NCBI RefSeq assembly: GCF_000014265.1
Contig: NC_008312.1
Location: forward strand, 3,750,001 to 3,782,000
Length of the DNA stretch: 32,000 nucleotides
Source of the DNA: Trichodesmium erythraeum IMS101
GTDB taxonomy: Bacteria; Cyanobacteriota; Cyanobacteriia; Cyanobacteriales; Microcoleaceae
Direction: 5' to 3'
In this document: positions 1 through 11,093 of the stretch, piece after piece
Numbering within the stretch: the first letter of the stretch is position 1
How the letters are laid out: every line of letters starts with the position of its first letter
Position numbers and translations under genes: made by a program
The notes under the pieces: model-generated
Databases searched by the model: none
Told to the model about the DNA's origin: nothing
What the model saw: only the letters and a program-made list of their open reading frames with translations

Positions 1-896
1 CATTAGCAAAAGCAGGAAAAAAGATGAGCAATATTTGGATATAGAGCTACTGATTATAATTTGATAGAATTTTGAGAAGATTTAATGACAATTAATACTA
101 AAAAAACTACAGCAGAATAGTGAATAAATTGTACAAAATGTGCTCCGGGGTATTCGGAGCAAAACCTTGTTAAAGATATTTAGTAAAAAGGTACAAATTT
201 CATTATTGATGTACTAAAATAGGTTTAATATATACTTAAATATTTTTTTGATTGTACTGCAAATTACCGTAATTCATGACATTAAATTATCTAGAATTAA
301 GGCTACAAAAAAGTTGTATAAATACCTAGAAAATTGGAAAATATGTGACTACTCTCTCTCTTATTTTTACACTCCGATCAATAGGATTTATAACTAAATT
401 AACCTCATATTTATAAACAAATACGCTTATTATGTATATCTATTAAATCTAACAATTTTCGAGACTCATAGGTTTTTTATTAATATATTTTCTCTCATAT
501 TCCAAAGCCAAAATACTTTTTTTCTACTTATATTGAGTTTTTTTAAAGTTCGCTACATTATTGGTACACTAACTTTTATTGCTGCCTGACTTCTTAAATG
601 CTGGGATAGTTTTTTAGATAAAGACTTACTTAACTTTCGTTCTTTATAGATTCTCTAAAAAAGGCTACTTCTTAATTCGTTTCTTTAATGGTAATGGTGC
701 TTTAATTTTTTGACTATGTACGAACACTCTTATGCAATGTCACTACCGTAGCAAAAATTTAAATTCCGAAACCTATACTTAGCTAATGCTAAAACTATTT
801 TTAGTTTTCCAATTTTAGGGTAGTTAGTGACTTTATGTTTAACTACTTTAAATCCAGTAGATGGTAAGTAAATCAGCACAGTTTGTCCGTGAAGGT

Positions 897-1370
897 ATTA
901 ACATAAGTTGGGTAAGTTACCCTAACCCAACTCGTTTTTATTGGACGTGAGACTTTCTACCTCATCCTGACTCCTTTCCTAGACATTCCTGATCATGGGT
1001 ACATCCTAATTTGGTGAGTTAACATACCATCAACCCATATATAATTTTCCCGTAGGTTCCATGGCTTACATTTCAGATATGCCTTATTACCTGATACAGT
1101 TTTACAGTCGTGGCAATTTTGCTAGAACAGCTATTTATTCTTGTATGTGTTGTCACCACCCTCAAACCTTTGTTTTCTGTGGTCTACTTTCATGAGGTCT
1201 GTTGGTTTGAAGTTTCGTCCACAAGATGCCCATTTATTCTTTTGCGGTTACTGTCATTCCAAACCCTGGACGTGTAATTTCCAGCATTCCCCCAGAAAGC
1301 CTTGCAAAAACAGACTTAACCAAATAAATTATGGCGTTGATTTTTATCCCGTTGTGGGATAGATACAATA
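897..1370 (-). mobile_element. Solo 3' stump of a group II intron (decayed domain V/VI plus remnant of the HNH end of the intron-encoded protein)
   Basis: The minus strand of ~897-1370 aligns by eye with the 3' end of the intact intron at 8399-8815. Examples are ggtaagttaccctaacccaactcg vs ggtaagttaccctacccgactcg, and acgtgagactttctacctcatcc vs acgtgaggctttcacctcatcc. The plus-strand shadow ORF 1141..1362 (SPPSNLCFLWS...RPQDAHLFFC) parallels shadow ORF 8579..8815 (SPPSDLGFIWS...NPQNAHLFFC). The domain V-like segment (~938-973) has AGC changed to AGU and a broken basal stem. No RT region follows. Confidence 0.6.
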
Positions 1371-1593
1371 CTTCAATCTAGGGAGTCATAATTTGACTTT
1401 TTAACTAACATTTAAAAGAACTTATCTATGAAAAACAATCAACTAAAAAGTTAGCCAAGAAAGATAAAAATTTTAACCCAGTTTTTCAGCTATCTAGCTT
1501 TTTTATTAAGAAAAACTATCCTAAAGGCTAAAATTAAGACAAATTTTATTTTAGTTAATACTATTCTTTAAAAGAAGAGGTAATTTTTAATTG

Positions 1594-3021
1594 TCATGTT
1601 GTTAACTTTGGAAGTGTTGCTATTCGTTCTGGTAAAGTATCTTTACTAAGTAAATCTTGATAAGTTTCCCTCTGTAAAATTATATTAACCTCCTTTTCAG
1701 CAACCAAAACTGCTGCTGGGCGTGGCAAACGATTATAGTTAGAAGCCATACTATAATTGTAAGCACCTGTAGCCATAACTACAAAACAATCTCCTGGTTG
1801 AGTTACTGGTAAGGTAGCATTCTTGATCAAAATATCACCAGACTCACAATGTTTACCAGCAATAGTAACTACTTCTGTGCTTGGCTTAGATAATCTATTA
1901 GCTACAATTGCTCGATAAACTGATTGATAAGTAATTGGTCGAGGATTATCTGACATTCCCCCATCTACAGATATATAAGTTCTAATTTCAGGAATTTCTT
2001 TTTGAGACCCTATAGTATAAGCTGTTATACAGGCAGGCCCAATTATTGAGCGTCCCGGTTCACATAATAGTTTAGGAAGTGGTAACTGTCTAGCTTTACA
2101 AACATCTACCATTGCTGTGCTTACCTTATGAACCCAAGTTTCAATACTAGGGGGGTCATCTGTTTCAGTATAACGGATTCCTAAACCACCACCAATATTA
2201 ATTTCTTTGATTGGCAAGTTATGTGACATGGCAGTTGTCATTGTATCTACCATAACAGTCACTAAATCTTGATGAGGTTGAACTTCAAAAATCTGAGAAC
2301 CTATATGAGCATGAACACCAATAAGTAGTAGTAATTCTTCTTTACTTATGAAGGCAAAAACATCATTTAGTTGACCTGGATCAAATCCAAACTTGCTATC
2401 TAGATGACCTGTACGAATATATTCGTGGGTATGGCATTCAATACCAGGTGTAAATCTTACCATTATTTTTGTCGGATTTTGTACCTGATCTTTTTGTTGC
2501 TTCTTTAAACCTGCTAATGTTTCTAATTCTAGCCAGTTATCTACAACAATTATACAATCTGTTTCAATGGCAAAAGTTAATTCTGCCAGAGATTTATTAT
2601 TGCCATGAAAATATATTTTGTCAGGATTAACACCTGCTTCTATAGCTGTATATAGTTCTCCTCCAGATACAACATCTATACCTAAGCCTTCAGAGGCACA
2701 TAAGGCACATACTGCTAGACTACTCCAAGCTTTGGAAGCATAAAGTACTAAAGATTCTCCAGGATAGTACTTTTGAAGTCCATCTCTATATTGGCGACAA
2801 GCTGTTCGGAGAGTATATTCGTCTATAATATATAGAGGTGAGCCAAATTTTTCTACTAATGCTGGGATATCCCAACCTCCAATTTCTAAATGGTCTAAGT
2901 TGTTGACTTTAGCAGTAAGTGGTAAAAGTTCTTGATTGGGCGAACTTTGTCCAACAGAGTCTGTTGATTTTGGCAAATACTGAAGTCCAGAGTTTACTTC
3001 TACAGATTGGATTGATACCAT
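1594..3021 (-). CDS. lysA: Diaminopimelate decarboxylase
   Basis: 475-aa ORF with the hallmarks of a PLP-dependent group IV decarboxylase: YASKAW (PLP lysine), HAHIGSQ, GGGLGI, CEPGRS, CESGD and GAYNYSMASNYN. Confidence 0.92.
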   Translation of the reverse strand: MVSIQSVEVNSGLQYLPKSTDSVGQSSPNQELLPLTAKVNNLDHLEIGGWDIPALVEKFGSPLYIIDEYTLRTACRQYRDGLQKYYPGESLVLYASKAWSSLAVCALCASEGLGIDVVSGGELYTAIEAGVNPDKIYFHGNNKSLAELTFAIETDCIIVVDNWLELETLAGLKKQQKDQVQNPTKIMVRFTPGIECHTHEYIRTGHLDSKFGFDPGQLNDVFAFISKEELLLLIGVHAHIGSQIFEVQPHQDLVTVMVDTMTTAMSHNLPIKEINIGGGLGIRYTETDDPPSIETWVHKVSTAMVDVCKARQLPLPKLLCEPGRSIIGPACITAYTIGSQKEIPEIRTYISVDGGMSDNPRPITYQSVYRAIVANRLSKPSTEVVTIAGKHCESGDILIKNATLPVTQPGDCFVVMATGAYNYSMASNYNRLPRPAAVLVAEKEVNIILQRETYQDLLSKDTLPERIATLPKLTT

Positions 3022-3128
3022 AAGTGCTATAAAAATTTATACTTTAGTGGCCTATATAATAAATACAATTTATTATACTTTGTCAATTCTTGATTAATTT
3101 TTTATCTAAAATTAAGACTATCGTAAGT

Positions 3129-3734
3129 ATGGCAATTATTACTGTTGAAAAAATGAGTCCAAAGCATATTTCTAGTGTGATTGAATTAGATAGACTTTGC
3201 TTTGGCGGACTCTGGAGTGCTCAAGCTTATCAGCGAGAACTAGAAAGTCCCAATAGCGATCTGCTGATTTTAGTGATTAATCATCATACTAAAGATAGAA
3301 ATGAGGAAGTTATGTTTAAATCCTCTAACTTTCAATTACAGATTAACTATAGTCATCAATCTATAATTGGTGTATGTTGTTTGTGGGCTATCTTAGAGGA
3401 AGCACACATTACTATTTTAGGAATTCATCCCCAATACCAATCTTTGGGTTTTGGTCAACTCCTACTATACACTTTAATGAGGTCTGCATGGGAAAGAGGG
3501 TTAGAGAGAGCTACATTAGAAGTCGCTGCTTCAAATGTTTCAGCATTGTCTTTATATTATAAATTTGGTTTTCAATATGTAGGCCGTCGTCGAGGATATT
3601 ATCAACATACTGGAGAAGATGCTCTAATTCTCTGGCTTAGTCATTTGCATGAACCAGAGTTTGAGCAAACTTTGTCTGAATGGTATAGAAAAGTTGTTGA
3701 TCGTATTAATGGTTATGAATTGATTAGGCATTAA
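3129..3734 (+). CDS. rimI: GNAT-family N-acetyltransferase, ribosomal-protein-alanine acetyltransferase (RimI)-like
   Basis: The ORF is 3090..3734. Position 3090 is TTG, and the first ATG (MAIITVEKMSPKH) is at 3129. The acetyl-CoA motif HPQYQSLGFGQLLL and the C-terminal SNVSALSLYYKFGF are typical of RimI-type GNATs. The start codon is uncertain; 3153 is also possible. Confidence 0.72.
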   Translation: MAIITVEKMSPKHISSVIELDRLCFGGLWSAQAYQRELESPNSDLLILVINHHTKDRNEEVMFKSSNFQLQINYSHQSIIGVCCLWAILEEAHITILGIHPQYQSLGFGQLLLYTLMRSAWERGLERATLEVAASNVSALSLYYKFGFQYVGRRRGYYQHTGEDALILWLSHLHEPEFEQTLSEWYRKVVDRINGYELIRH

Positions 3735-3752
3735 CGATAGCACTTATCGGTG

Positions 3753-3776
3753 CCCGTTAGGTATACTTTTAACGGG
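3753..3776 (+). terminator. Stem-loop just downstream of the rimI stop (possible terminator)
   Basis: cccgtta (3753-3759) pairs with taacggg (3770-3776) across a 10-nt loop. A second small hairpin, cgata/tatcg, lies at 3735-3749. There is no clear U-tract. Confidence 0.3.
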
Positions 3777-5803
3777 TAAGATAATTTTAATATAAGGGTT
3801 TTACTATTCATACCTTGTGTATATAATTTAATGTCTAATTTAATGTCCAATACGATACTGTAAAACTAATAAAAATTAAAAATTAAAAATTAAGAGTCAA
3901 ACTACTGAGCTCTCTAGATTAATAGACAGGATAAGACTATCTAACTATTACTGAAATGATTGACACTAAGCTCTAATAGTTATTGACAATAAATCTACTA
4001 GCTATGTGGATGTAATAGTCCATAAAGTTATTGATCTTAAGCGTTAAAGCCTTTAGATTTAATGAGGTAGATTTGTTTTCAGGTAAAAATGTGATTAATT
4101 TAGCTTGAAGTTTATTATCCAGAGCTTTCCGTTGTTATCAGGTACGGTTACGGAGCGAAGGTGCTGACACTAAATAATTTTTTACTATTTACTACATACA
4201 TCATTTGCCCGAAATATGCTGTATGTTTAGTTACAATAAAATAGATATCTACTACAAAAAAATAAACGGTCTCAAGTTGAGGTCAAAAAGAGCAACAGTT
4301 ACGAGGATTATTTAATCCTATATCAATGGCTGTAAATTTACTATCTAACTTAATTTGTTTAGGTTCTTTTTTAAAACTTTTTTAACGACATAATATTTAC
4401 CATAACTCGATTGGATTATTCTGACTTCATTTATTTTAGTTAAATTAGTAGAAATTTTCAGATTTAATCTAAAAGTATTGATCAAATCAATATCAGCAAA
4501 GTAAGAAAATCCGAGAAAAAGCTTGATAATTATAATTGACTAAATTTTTACCTTTTTTCTTATGTTTGTATTCTGATAACTGAGGCTGGCCTCAAAACTT
4601 TTCCGGATTTTTTGGTATTTTTTTTATACTGAAAAATCAGATTTTAAGACTTTTAATACCTCCTTAATTACCAGTGGCGCTACTTAAGTAGGTAAACTTT
4701 TATAATCATCACTATTGTTCAGGAGATTCAGAAAGGTTTTGAAATGGTGATAGTTTTTGAATATCAAAAAAATGATGGCCGACAAATATAAACTCTGCAA
4801 TTGCATAAGTTTTGAGAAGCAAAACAAGTGCAATAAATTTATTGATAATTTTTATTCTTTGGTTGAATCTAGTGTTTTTGTTCTTGTGGCATTTGATTTT
4901 TTATTTAAACAGTATTTAAAGAGTTAATAACTAACCTGAGGCACTCATTCAGATGTTAATTTTTAGTAGTTTTGCCTGAAACCTATTTTCCGTCACATAA
5001 GTTAAATAATTAAAACCTGCTCTAGTTAATCTATTTTTATTTTCTACAACTATATTTACTCTCTTTGTGCAACCAAGGCGTACAAAACTATTAAAATCAT
5101 CTCATATTTATGCAACCCAGTAGGCGATAGACGATTAATTTATAAATTTATAGTAGATTAAAATTTTTAACATAGTTTGTTACTAGTATCCCAAGTTAGT
5201 TATATGTTAATCTGCTTTAGATTTGTCAAAAATTAAAGTTATAGATCAAAATTTTGAAACTATTATTTATGTTGCATATCTTCTATATAATCAGGCTGAG
5301 GACTTCTATTTTGTTACAAATAATGTTTGATTGATTGCTTGAAATAAATGATGTTGAATGAGAAAATTTTATAATTTCTTAAAATAAATAGATGGTTTGA
5401 TCATCAGCTATTGTAAAAACTTGAGCTATAATTGAGAAACCAAAACTACATAGTTAGCTTACAAAAAAGTAACTTTTAATACTATTAATGGTAGATAGAA
5501 GAAAGCAAAGGAGTAAGAGGGTCAGATAGGAGATTCCCCTACCTGAATTTTTTGTTTCTTGAGTTAAACTGTCTAGATAACAGCTCCAAATAAACTCATA
5601 AGACTATTTTGTTTTTGAGTAGCTTGGTAGAAAATGTTATTCACTTAGAACTTTGTTATATTACTGGCAAGATTACTATCGCAAAATAAATTTACATTTT
5701 GATAAGTATTTCTAGTCTAAATAACGAGAAGTGAAAAACAGCCTTGGTATACAATGTCACGCTAGAATAAGCTTAAGAGCAATTTAAGAGATAGGAACTA
5801 ATT

Positions 5804-8281
5804 ATGTTTGAACGCTTCACGGAAAAAGCAATCAAAGTGATAATGCTGGCCCAAGAAGAGGCTCGTCGCTTGGGACATAACTTTGTAGGGACAGAACAAA
5901 TCCTCCTGGGTCTCATTGGAGAGGGAACAGGGGTAGCAGCTAAAGTTCTCAAATCTATGGGTGTTAATCTCAAAGATGCTCGAATTGAAGTAGAAAAGAT
6001 AATTGGCCGTGGTTCGGGATTTGTGGCAGTAGAAATCCCATTTACTCCCAGAGCTAAAAGGGTTTTAGAGCTATCTTTGGAAGAAGCACGGCAATTAGGG
6101 CATAACTATATTGGCACAGAGCATCTACTATTGGGTTTAATTCGAGAAGGAGAAGGAGTAGCTGCAAGAGTTCTAGAAAATTTAGGAGTAGACCTCACTA
6201 AAGTCCGGACTCAGGTGATTAGAATGTTAGGTGAAACAGCAGAAGTTACTGCTGGTGGTGGGGGTGGACGCACAAAAACTCCTACTCTTGATGAGTTTGG
6301 TTCAAATCTGACTCAAATGGCATCTGAAGGTAAATTAGACCCAGTGGTGGGAAGGCAAACAGAAATAGAACGAGTAATTCAAATTTTAGGTCGTAGAACT
6401 AAGAATAATCCAGTTTTGATTGGGGAACCTGGTGTGGGAAAAACGGCGATCGCTGAGGGTTTGGCACAACGCATTGCTAATAATGATATACCGGATATTC
6501 TGGAAGAAAAGCGGGTGGTTACTCTAGATATTGGTCTATTGGTTGCTGGTACTAAATACCGGGGTGAGTTTGAGGAACGTCTGAAGAAAATTATGGATGA
6601 AATTCGCTCTGCGGGTAATGTCATCCTAGTTATTGATGAGGTCCATACTCTGATTGGAGCTGGTGCTGCGGAAGGGGCCATTGATGCTGCGAATATTTTG
6701 AAGCCTGCTTTGGCTCGTGGGGAGTTACAGTGCATAGGGGCAACGACCCTCGATGAGTATCGGAAACATATTGAAAGGGATGCAGCTCTGGAACGTCGTT
6801 TTCAACCAGTAATGGTGGGCGAACCTTCTGTTGATGAAACTATTGAGATCTTATATGGTTTAAGAGAACGTTACGAACAGCATCATAAATTAAAAATTTT
6901 GGATACTGCTTTGGAAGCTGCTGCTAAGTTATCAGACCGTTATATTAGCGATCGCTATTTGCCGGATAAAGCTATTGACCTGATAGATGAAGCTGGTTCT
7001 CGTGTCCGTTTGATTAATTCTCAACTACCTCCTGCAGCGAAGGAACTGGATAAGGAGTTGCGTAGCATTCTGAAAGAAAAGGATGAGGCGGTTCGTTCTC
7101 AGGATTTTGATAAGGCGGGAGAGTTGCGTGACCGGGAAATGGAAATCAAATCTGAAATTCGTTCTCTTGCTCAAAATAAAAAGCTCGACTCTACTAATGA
7201 AGATGATTCTCCAATGGTGACTGAGGAGGATATTGCTCATATTGTGGCAAGTTGGACTGGTGTTCCGGTGAATAAGTTAACTGAGTCTGAATCTGAGAAA
7301 CTTCTGCACATGGAGGATACTCTACACCAACGTTTGATTGGTCAGGAGGAAGCTGTCAAGGCAGTGTCTCGTGCTATTCGTCGGGCAAGAGTGGGATTGA
7401 AAAACCCTAACCGACCTATTGCTAGTTTTGTTTTCTCTGGACCGACTGGGGTTGGTAAGACAGAACTGACTAAGGCGTTAGCTGCATATTTCTTTGGTTC
7501 TGAGGAAGCGATGATCCGTTTGGATATGTCGGAATATATGGAACGTCATACTGTTTCTAAGTTGATTGGTTCTCCTCCTGGTTATGTGGGTTATAATGAG
7601 GGTGGTCAGTTAACTGAGGCAGTTCGTCGTCGCCCTTATACTGTGGTGCTATTTGATGAAATTGAAAAGGCACACCCTGATGTATTCAATATGCTGTTGC
7701 AAATTTTGGAAGATGGTCGCCTGACTGATGCGAAGGGTAGGACTGTTGATTTTAAGAATACCTTGATTATTATGACTTCTAATATCGGTTCTAAGGTCAT
7801 TGAGAAAGGTGGCGGTGGTCTTGGTTTTGAGTTCTCAGAAAATGAGGCTGATGCTCAGTATAACCGAATTCGCAATTTAGTGAATGAGGAGTTGAAACAG
7901 TATTTCCGTCCAGAGTTTCTTAACCGTTTGGATGAGATTATTGTGTTCCGTCAGTTGACTAAGGATGAAGTTAAGGAAATTTCTGTTATTCTGCTCAAAG
8001 AAGTGTTTAGTAGGTTGACAGAGAAAGGTATTAAGTTAGAAATTACTGATCGTTTCCAGGAGCGGTTGGTTGAGGAAGGTTATAATCCTAGTTATGGGGC
8101 AAGACCTTTGCGTCGGGCAATTATGCGTTTGCTTGAGGATAGTTTGGCTGAGGAAATTCTGGCTGGCAAGATCAATGAGGGCGATACTGCTGTGGTTGAT
8201 GTTGGGGAAAGTGGTCAGATTATAGTTTCTAAGGGTGAAGAAAAAGAAAAACGAGAGTTGGTACCTCAAGGTGCTGAATAG
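5804..8281 (+). CDS. clpC: ATP-dependent Clp protease ATP-binding subunit ClpC (class I AAA+ chaperone)
   Basis: 825 aa. It has duplicated N-terminal Clp repeats ([15 protein letters not shown] and [15 protein letters not shown]) and two AAA+ modules with Walker A motifs GEPGVGKT and GPTGVGKT. It also has a UVR-like middle region and the C-terminal ARPLRRAI motif. Confidence 0.96.
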   Translation: MFERFTEKAIKVIMLAQEEARRLGHNFVGTEQILLGLIGEGTGVAAKVLKSMGVNLKDARIEVEKIIGRGSGFVAVEIPFTPRAKRVLELSLEEARQLGHNYIGTEHLLLGLIREGEGVAARVLENLGVDLTKVRTQVIRMLGETAEVTAGGGGGRTKTPTLDEFGSNLTQMASEGKLDPVVGRQTEIERVIQILGRRTKNNPVLIGEPGVGKTAIAEGLAQRIANNDIPDILEEKRVVTLDIGLLVAGTKYRGEFEERLKKIMDEIRSAGNVILVIDEVHTLIGAGAAEGAIDAANILKPALARGELQCIGATTLDEYRKHIERDAALERRFQPVMVGEPSVDETIEILYGLRERYEQHHKLKILDTALEAAAKLSDRYISDRYLPDKAIDLIDEAGSRVRLINSQLPPAAKELDKELRSILKEKDEAVRSQDFDKAGELRDREMEIKSEIRSLAQNKKLDSTNEDDSPMVTEEDIAHIVASWTGVPVNKLTESESEKLLHMEDTLHQRLIGQEEAVKAVSRAIRRARVGLKNPNRPIASFVFSGPTGVGKTELTKALAAYFFGSEEAMIRLDMSEYMERHTVSKLIGSPPGYVGYNEGGQLTEAVRRRPYTVVLFDEIEKAHPDVFNMLLQILEDGRLTDAKGRTVDFKNTLIIMTSNIGSKVIEKGGGGLGFEFSENEADAQYNRIRNLVNEELKQYFRPEFLNRLDEIIVFRQLTKDEVKEISVILLKEVFSRLTEKGIKLEITDRFQERLVEEGYNPSYGARPLRRAIMRLLEDSLAEEILAGKINEGDTAVVDVGESGQIIVSKGEEKEKRELVPQGAE

Positions 8282-8321
8282 GAGTTAGTTTCTTTCGCTA
8301 AATTAGTCAATATCTAATGTT

Positions 8322-8355
8322 GAAACGGCAGTAAGTTTAAATTTACTGCCGTTTC
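8322..8355. terminator. 13-bp perfect stem-loop downstream of clpC (candidate bidirectional terminator or RNA-stability element)
   Basis: gaaacggcagtaa (8322-8334) pairs with ttactgccgtttc (8343-8355). It lies 41 nt after the clpC stop and 43 nt from the 3' end of the minus-strand intron. There is no strong U-tract on either strand. Confidence 0.5.
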
Positions 8356-8441
8356 GAGGTATTATATTATTTCGGAAGTATTATAGTATAGCAGTTGAGT
8401 TAAACTAAGCCAGGTAAGTTACCCTACCCGACTCGTCTTCA

Positions 8442-8475
8442 GAACCGGACGTGAGGCTTTCACCTCATCCGGCTC
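8442..8475 (-). ncRNA. Group II intron domain V (catalytic hairpin)
   Basis: The minus strand reads GAGCCGGAUGAGGUGAAAGCCUCACGUCCGGUUC. This is 34 nt with the AGC triad, a 2-nt bulge position and a GAAA tetraloop, matching the domain V consensus. Confidence 0.85.
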
Positions 8476-8496
8476 CTCTCTTAAACGTCCTTTTTT

Positions 8497-10330
8497 TCAT
8501 AGGTACATCCCTGTTTTTAGAATCAACATATCATTTACCCATAGGTATTCATCAGGTAAGTCCTGTAACTTAGGTTTTGTGTATGTTTTATTATCTAAAG
8601 CAGTTTTAGTATCGTGGCAGTGTCGGTGTAGCAGTTGTTTATTTTTAACTGTGTTGTCACCACCTTCAGACCTTGGTTTTATATGGTCAATTTCCATAAG
8701 GTCGTTTGATCTGAAGGTTAATCCACAAAATGCGCATTTATTCTTTTGCCGTTTTAACAGCGTTGTTACTTCTTTCCTTATGCCTGGGTGTTTACCGATT
8801 CTACTGCTCCAATAAGTCCAATCGCCGTCATAAGGGGATTTATTGCCCTTTACCTTGACGTGTCTTTTTATAGCTACGTCTGCGTGTAGGTTAAGTACGT
8901 ATTCGCCGTCATTAAGTAACCAGTTTCTGGTCTCTTTGCAGCGAGGGAAATACTTTTGTTTTACCCATTTGGCTGACTTGTTTGGATGCCGTCTACTTCC
9001 CCATCTCCATATCCTTTTCCACAGGAGGCAGTCTAATTTGCTGTATACCTCTTTACTGACTACAGTGGAGAAGTAGTTGGCCCATCCCCTGATTATCGGA
9101 TTTAGTTTAGCTATTAAAGCTTTCGTAGGGGCGGTTTTGTGGCAATCACATATATCCGCCAACTTCCGATAATGAGTTTTAATACTCTTAGATGATGGCT
9201 TAATCAGTGTCTTAAATCCTTGTTTGGTTGTCTTGACTTTCCATTGCCTTATTGTAAATCCTAAAAAATTAAATCCGGGTTTGTTTCCTTCATATTCTTC
9301 CAGGGTGTGGGCAATTTTAGTCTTTTCTGGTTTTAGCTCTAATCCTACCTGGTTTAACCATTCCTGTATTAAGGTTTTTGCTTGTATTAATACTTTGATG
9401 TCTTTGTGTAGGATTACAAAATCATCTGCGTATCTTATTAAGGATAATGCCTGTATGTTGTCATGCTTTCTCCCTGGAAGGGTTTTGGCAAATTCTTCTA
9501 AACATTTTTCCATACCGTGTAGGGCGATGTTTGCTCTTTCAGGGTGAGATAACCCCTCCCTGTGGCGTACCTTCCACAGTGTTTGAGAATTGTTTGTTGT
9601 CACACACTCCAGATTTTAACCATTGTTTGATTAATCGTCTGTATGGAGATTTTCCTATTTTTCTCAACAGTGCACCATGGTTAATTTGGTCAAAACATTT
9701 GGATATGTCAGCATCTAAAACATATTTTGATTTTTTGTTGATGCTTTTATAGATGGCTTCAATGGCATCATGTGCTGACCGACCTGGTCTAAAACCATAG
9801 CTATTAGGCTCAAAAAGTGCCTCCCATTCTGGTTCCATACCTAACTTTACCAGTGCTTGAAGGGCCCTATCATACATGGTAGGTATGCCTAGTGGACGTT
9901 TTTCTTCTCTACCTGGTTTTGGTATCCAGACTCTACGGGTTGGGCTTGCTTTAAGATATCGTGACCTTAACATTTCTACCAAGTTAAATCTTTGCATTGG
10001 GGGAAGACTTTTTATACCGTCTATACCCGCTGTTTTCTTTCCCTGGTTGTCTTGCGTCACACGCCTAACAGCTAGCAACCTAGCATAATAACTTTTGGTC
10101 AGAAGTTTTTGATACTTACGCATTTTGCGGATTTCGCCACGGCTGGATGCTCTGTAAATTAACTTTTGCAACTTAAATACATATTTTTCTACCTTTTTCC
10201 AGTTAATGTCTTTCCATTTAAGGTTAGGATTGACACTACATAGGTCTGGTATATCGTTTGTATCCCATGCTACGCTTAAAAATGGCTCAGGATTTTCTAA
10301 GTTTCTTTTTAGGGTTTTAGCTTTGTTCAT
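8497..10330 (-). pseudogene. Group II intron reverse transcriptase/maturase with HNH endonuclease domain, split by one frameshift
   Basis: ORF 9539..10330 carries RT motifs up to ...EGTPQGGVISP and then stops. ORF 8497..9603 continues in another frame with ...ERANIALHGME, the YADD box (IRYADDFVIL), the maturase X region and an HNH motif (CAFCG...EIDHIKPRSEGGDN...HRHCHDTKT). The expected SPLLANIAL junction is broken at ~9545-9550 by a shift of 1 or 2 nt. Confidence 0.85.
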
Positions 10331-11093
10331 AGCTAGTCATTACTTTACATTACGTCTAACAGTGAGTACGTCTGCATCTGCAATGCTTCTTACTCAATCC
10401 TACTCTCCTTAAAACCTACAACTTCTGTGTAGATTGACCTTGAATGGCTTCCTAAGTTTTCGACCTATTTACTTAGGTGTTTTTAAAGAGGTTTCCTCGT
10501 TCCCTTATTCCTTTATTGCGATTGATTTAGTGGGGTAAATTCTCCCGGGGGTTATGACATGGTTGTTGACATAAACTATACTATATTTATGTCCATTGGC
10601 CCCTGACCTTCGTCCAACATCCCATAGCTACCTTCGGAATGGTCCTTAATAACGAGAGTTTGATTACCTTCCTATTTGTCCACTTGTCAACCTTTGCTCG
10701 CGGTATCGTTCCTCGGTAACTGGTATTTTCCCGCTTTTAAACCAGCTTCAGGGATTGATGTTCAATCGCTACCCTGTGGTCTACGCTGTCAACCTAACAA
10801 CAAGGTGGATGGAATTACACCATCAAGGTAATAAGAGTTATTCACAAGTCGAGGTTTTCCTCATGTGGTGACTTGGAATGGTCATTTATACACAGTTTCC
10901 TGGTTTTAGTGACCAACGAGTCGCACAGTATAGGTTAAGACATTAATTTCGGTTATATTCCAAATCCGGAATAGAGAGAGTGTCCTAAGCTTTTGTTCGA
11001 TTGCTATAACTCTTTTTTTACCTGGGTTGTGAGTTAAATGGATTTAGATTTAGTTAGATAGCTGAGAATTTCAATACATATTTACTTAACTTA

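Larger units (their letters stand above)
8399..10926 (-). mobile_element. Full-length group II intron (~2.53 kb) with an ORF in domain IV
   Basis: The minus strand begins GTGCGAC (plus-strand cgcac at 10922-10926). A canonical 34-nt domain V lies at 8442-8475, followed by a domain VI hairpin (cgggtagg-gtaa-cttacctg) and an ending ...GTTTAAC (AY rule). An RT/maturase/HNH ORF occupies 8497-10330. The 3' boundary was placed where the stump copy at 897 stops being similar. Confidence 0.85.

Noticed and set aside
254-267. An NtcA-like palindrome, TGTA-N8-TACC (gtactgcaaattac)
   Set aside because: GTA-N8-TAC is expected several times by chance in 32 kb of AT-rich DNA. No downstream gene or clear -10 box supports it.
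3871-3891. The (AAAAATT)x3 microsatellite
   Set aside because: It is a trivial low-complexity repeat in AT-rich spacer DNA.
5773-8269. ORFs 5773..5973, 6379..6735, 7025..7240 and 8036..8269 on the minus strand
   Set aside because: All lie antisense within, or overlapping the start of, the strongly supported clpC CDS. Their translations are low-complexity and carry no recognisable motifs, so they are shadow ORFs.
8579-10412. Plus-strand ORFs 8579..8815, 8843..9076, 9224..9547, 9447..9752, 9876..10088 and 10206..10412
   Set aside because: They are antisense to the group II intron RT/maturase reading frame or to intron RNA domains. They have no motifs and are shadow ORFs. The same applies to 1141..1362 over the intron stump.
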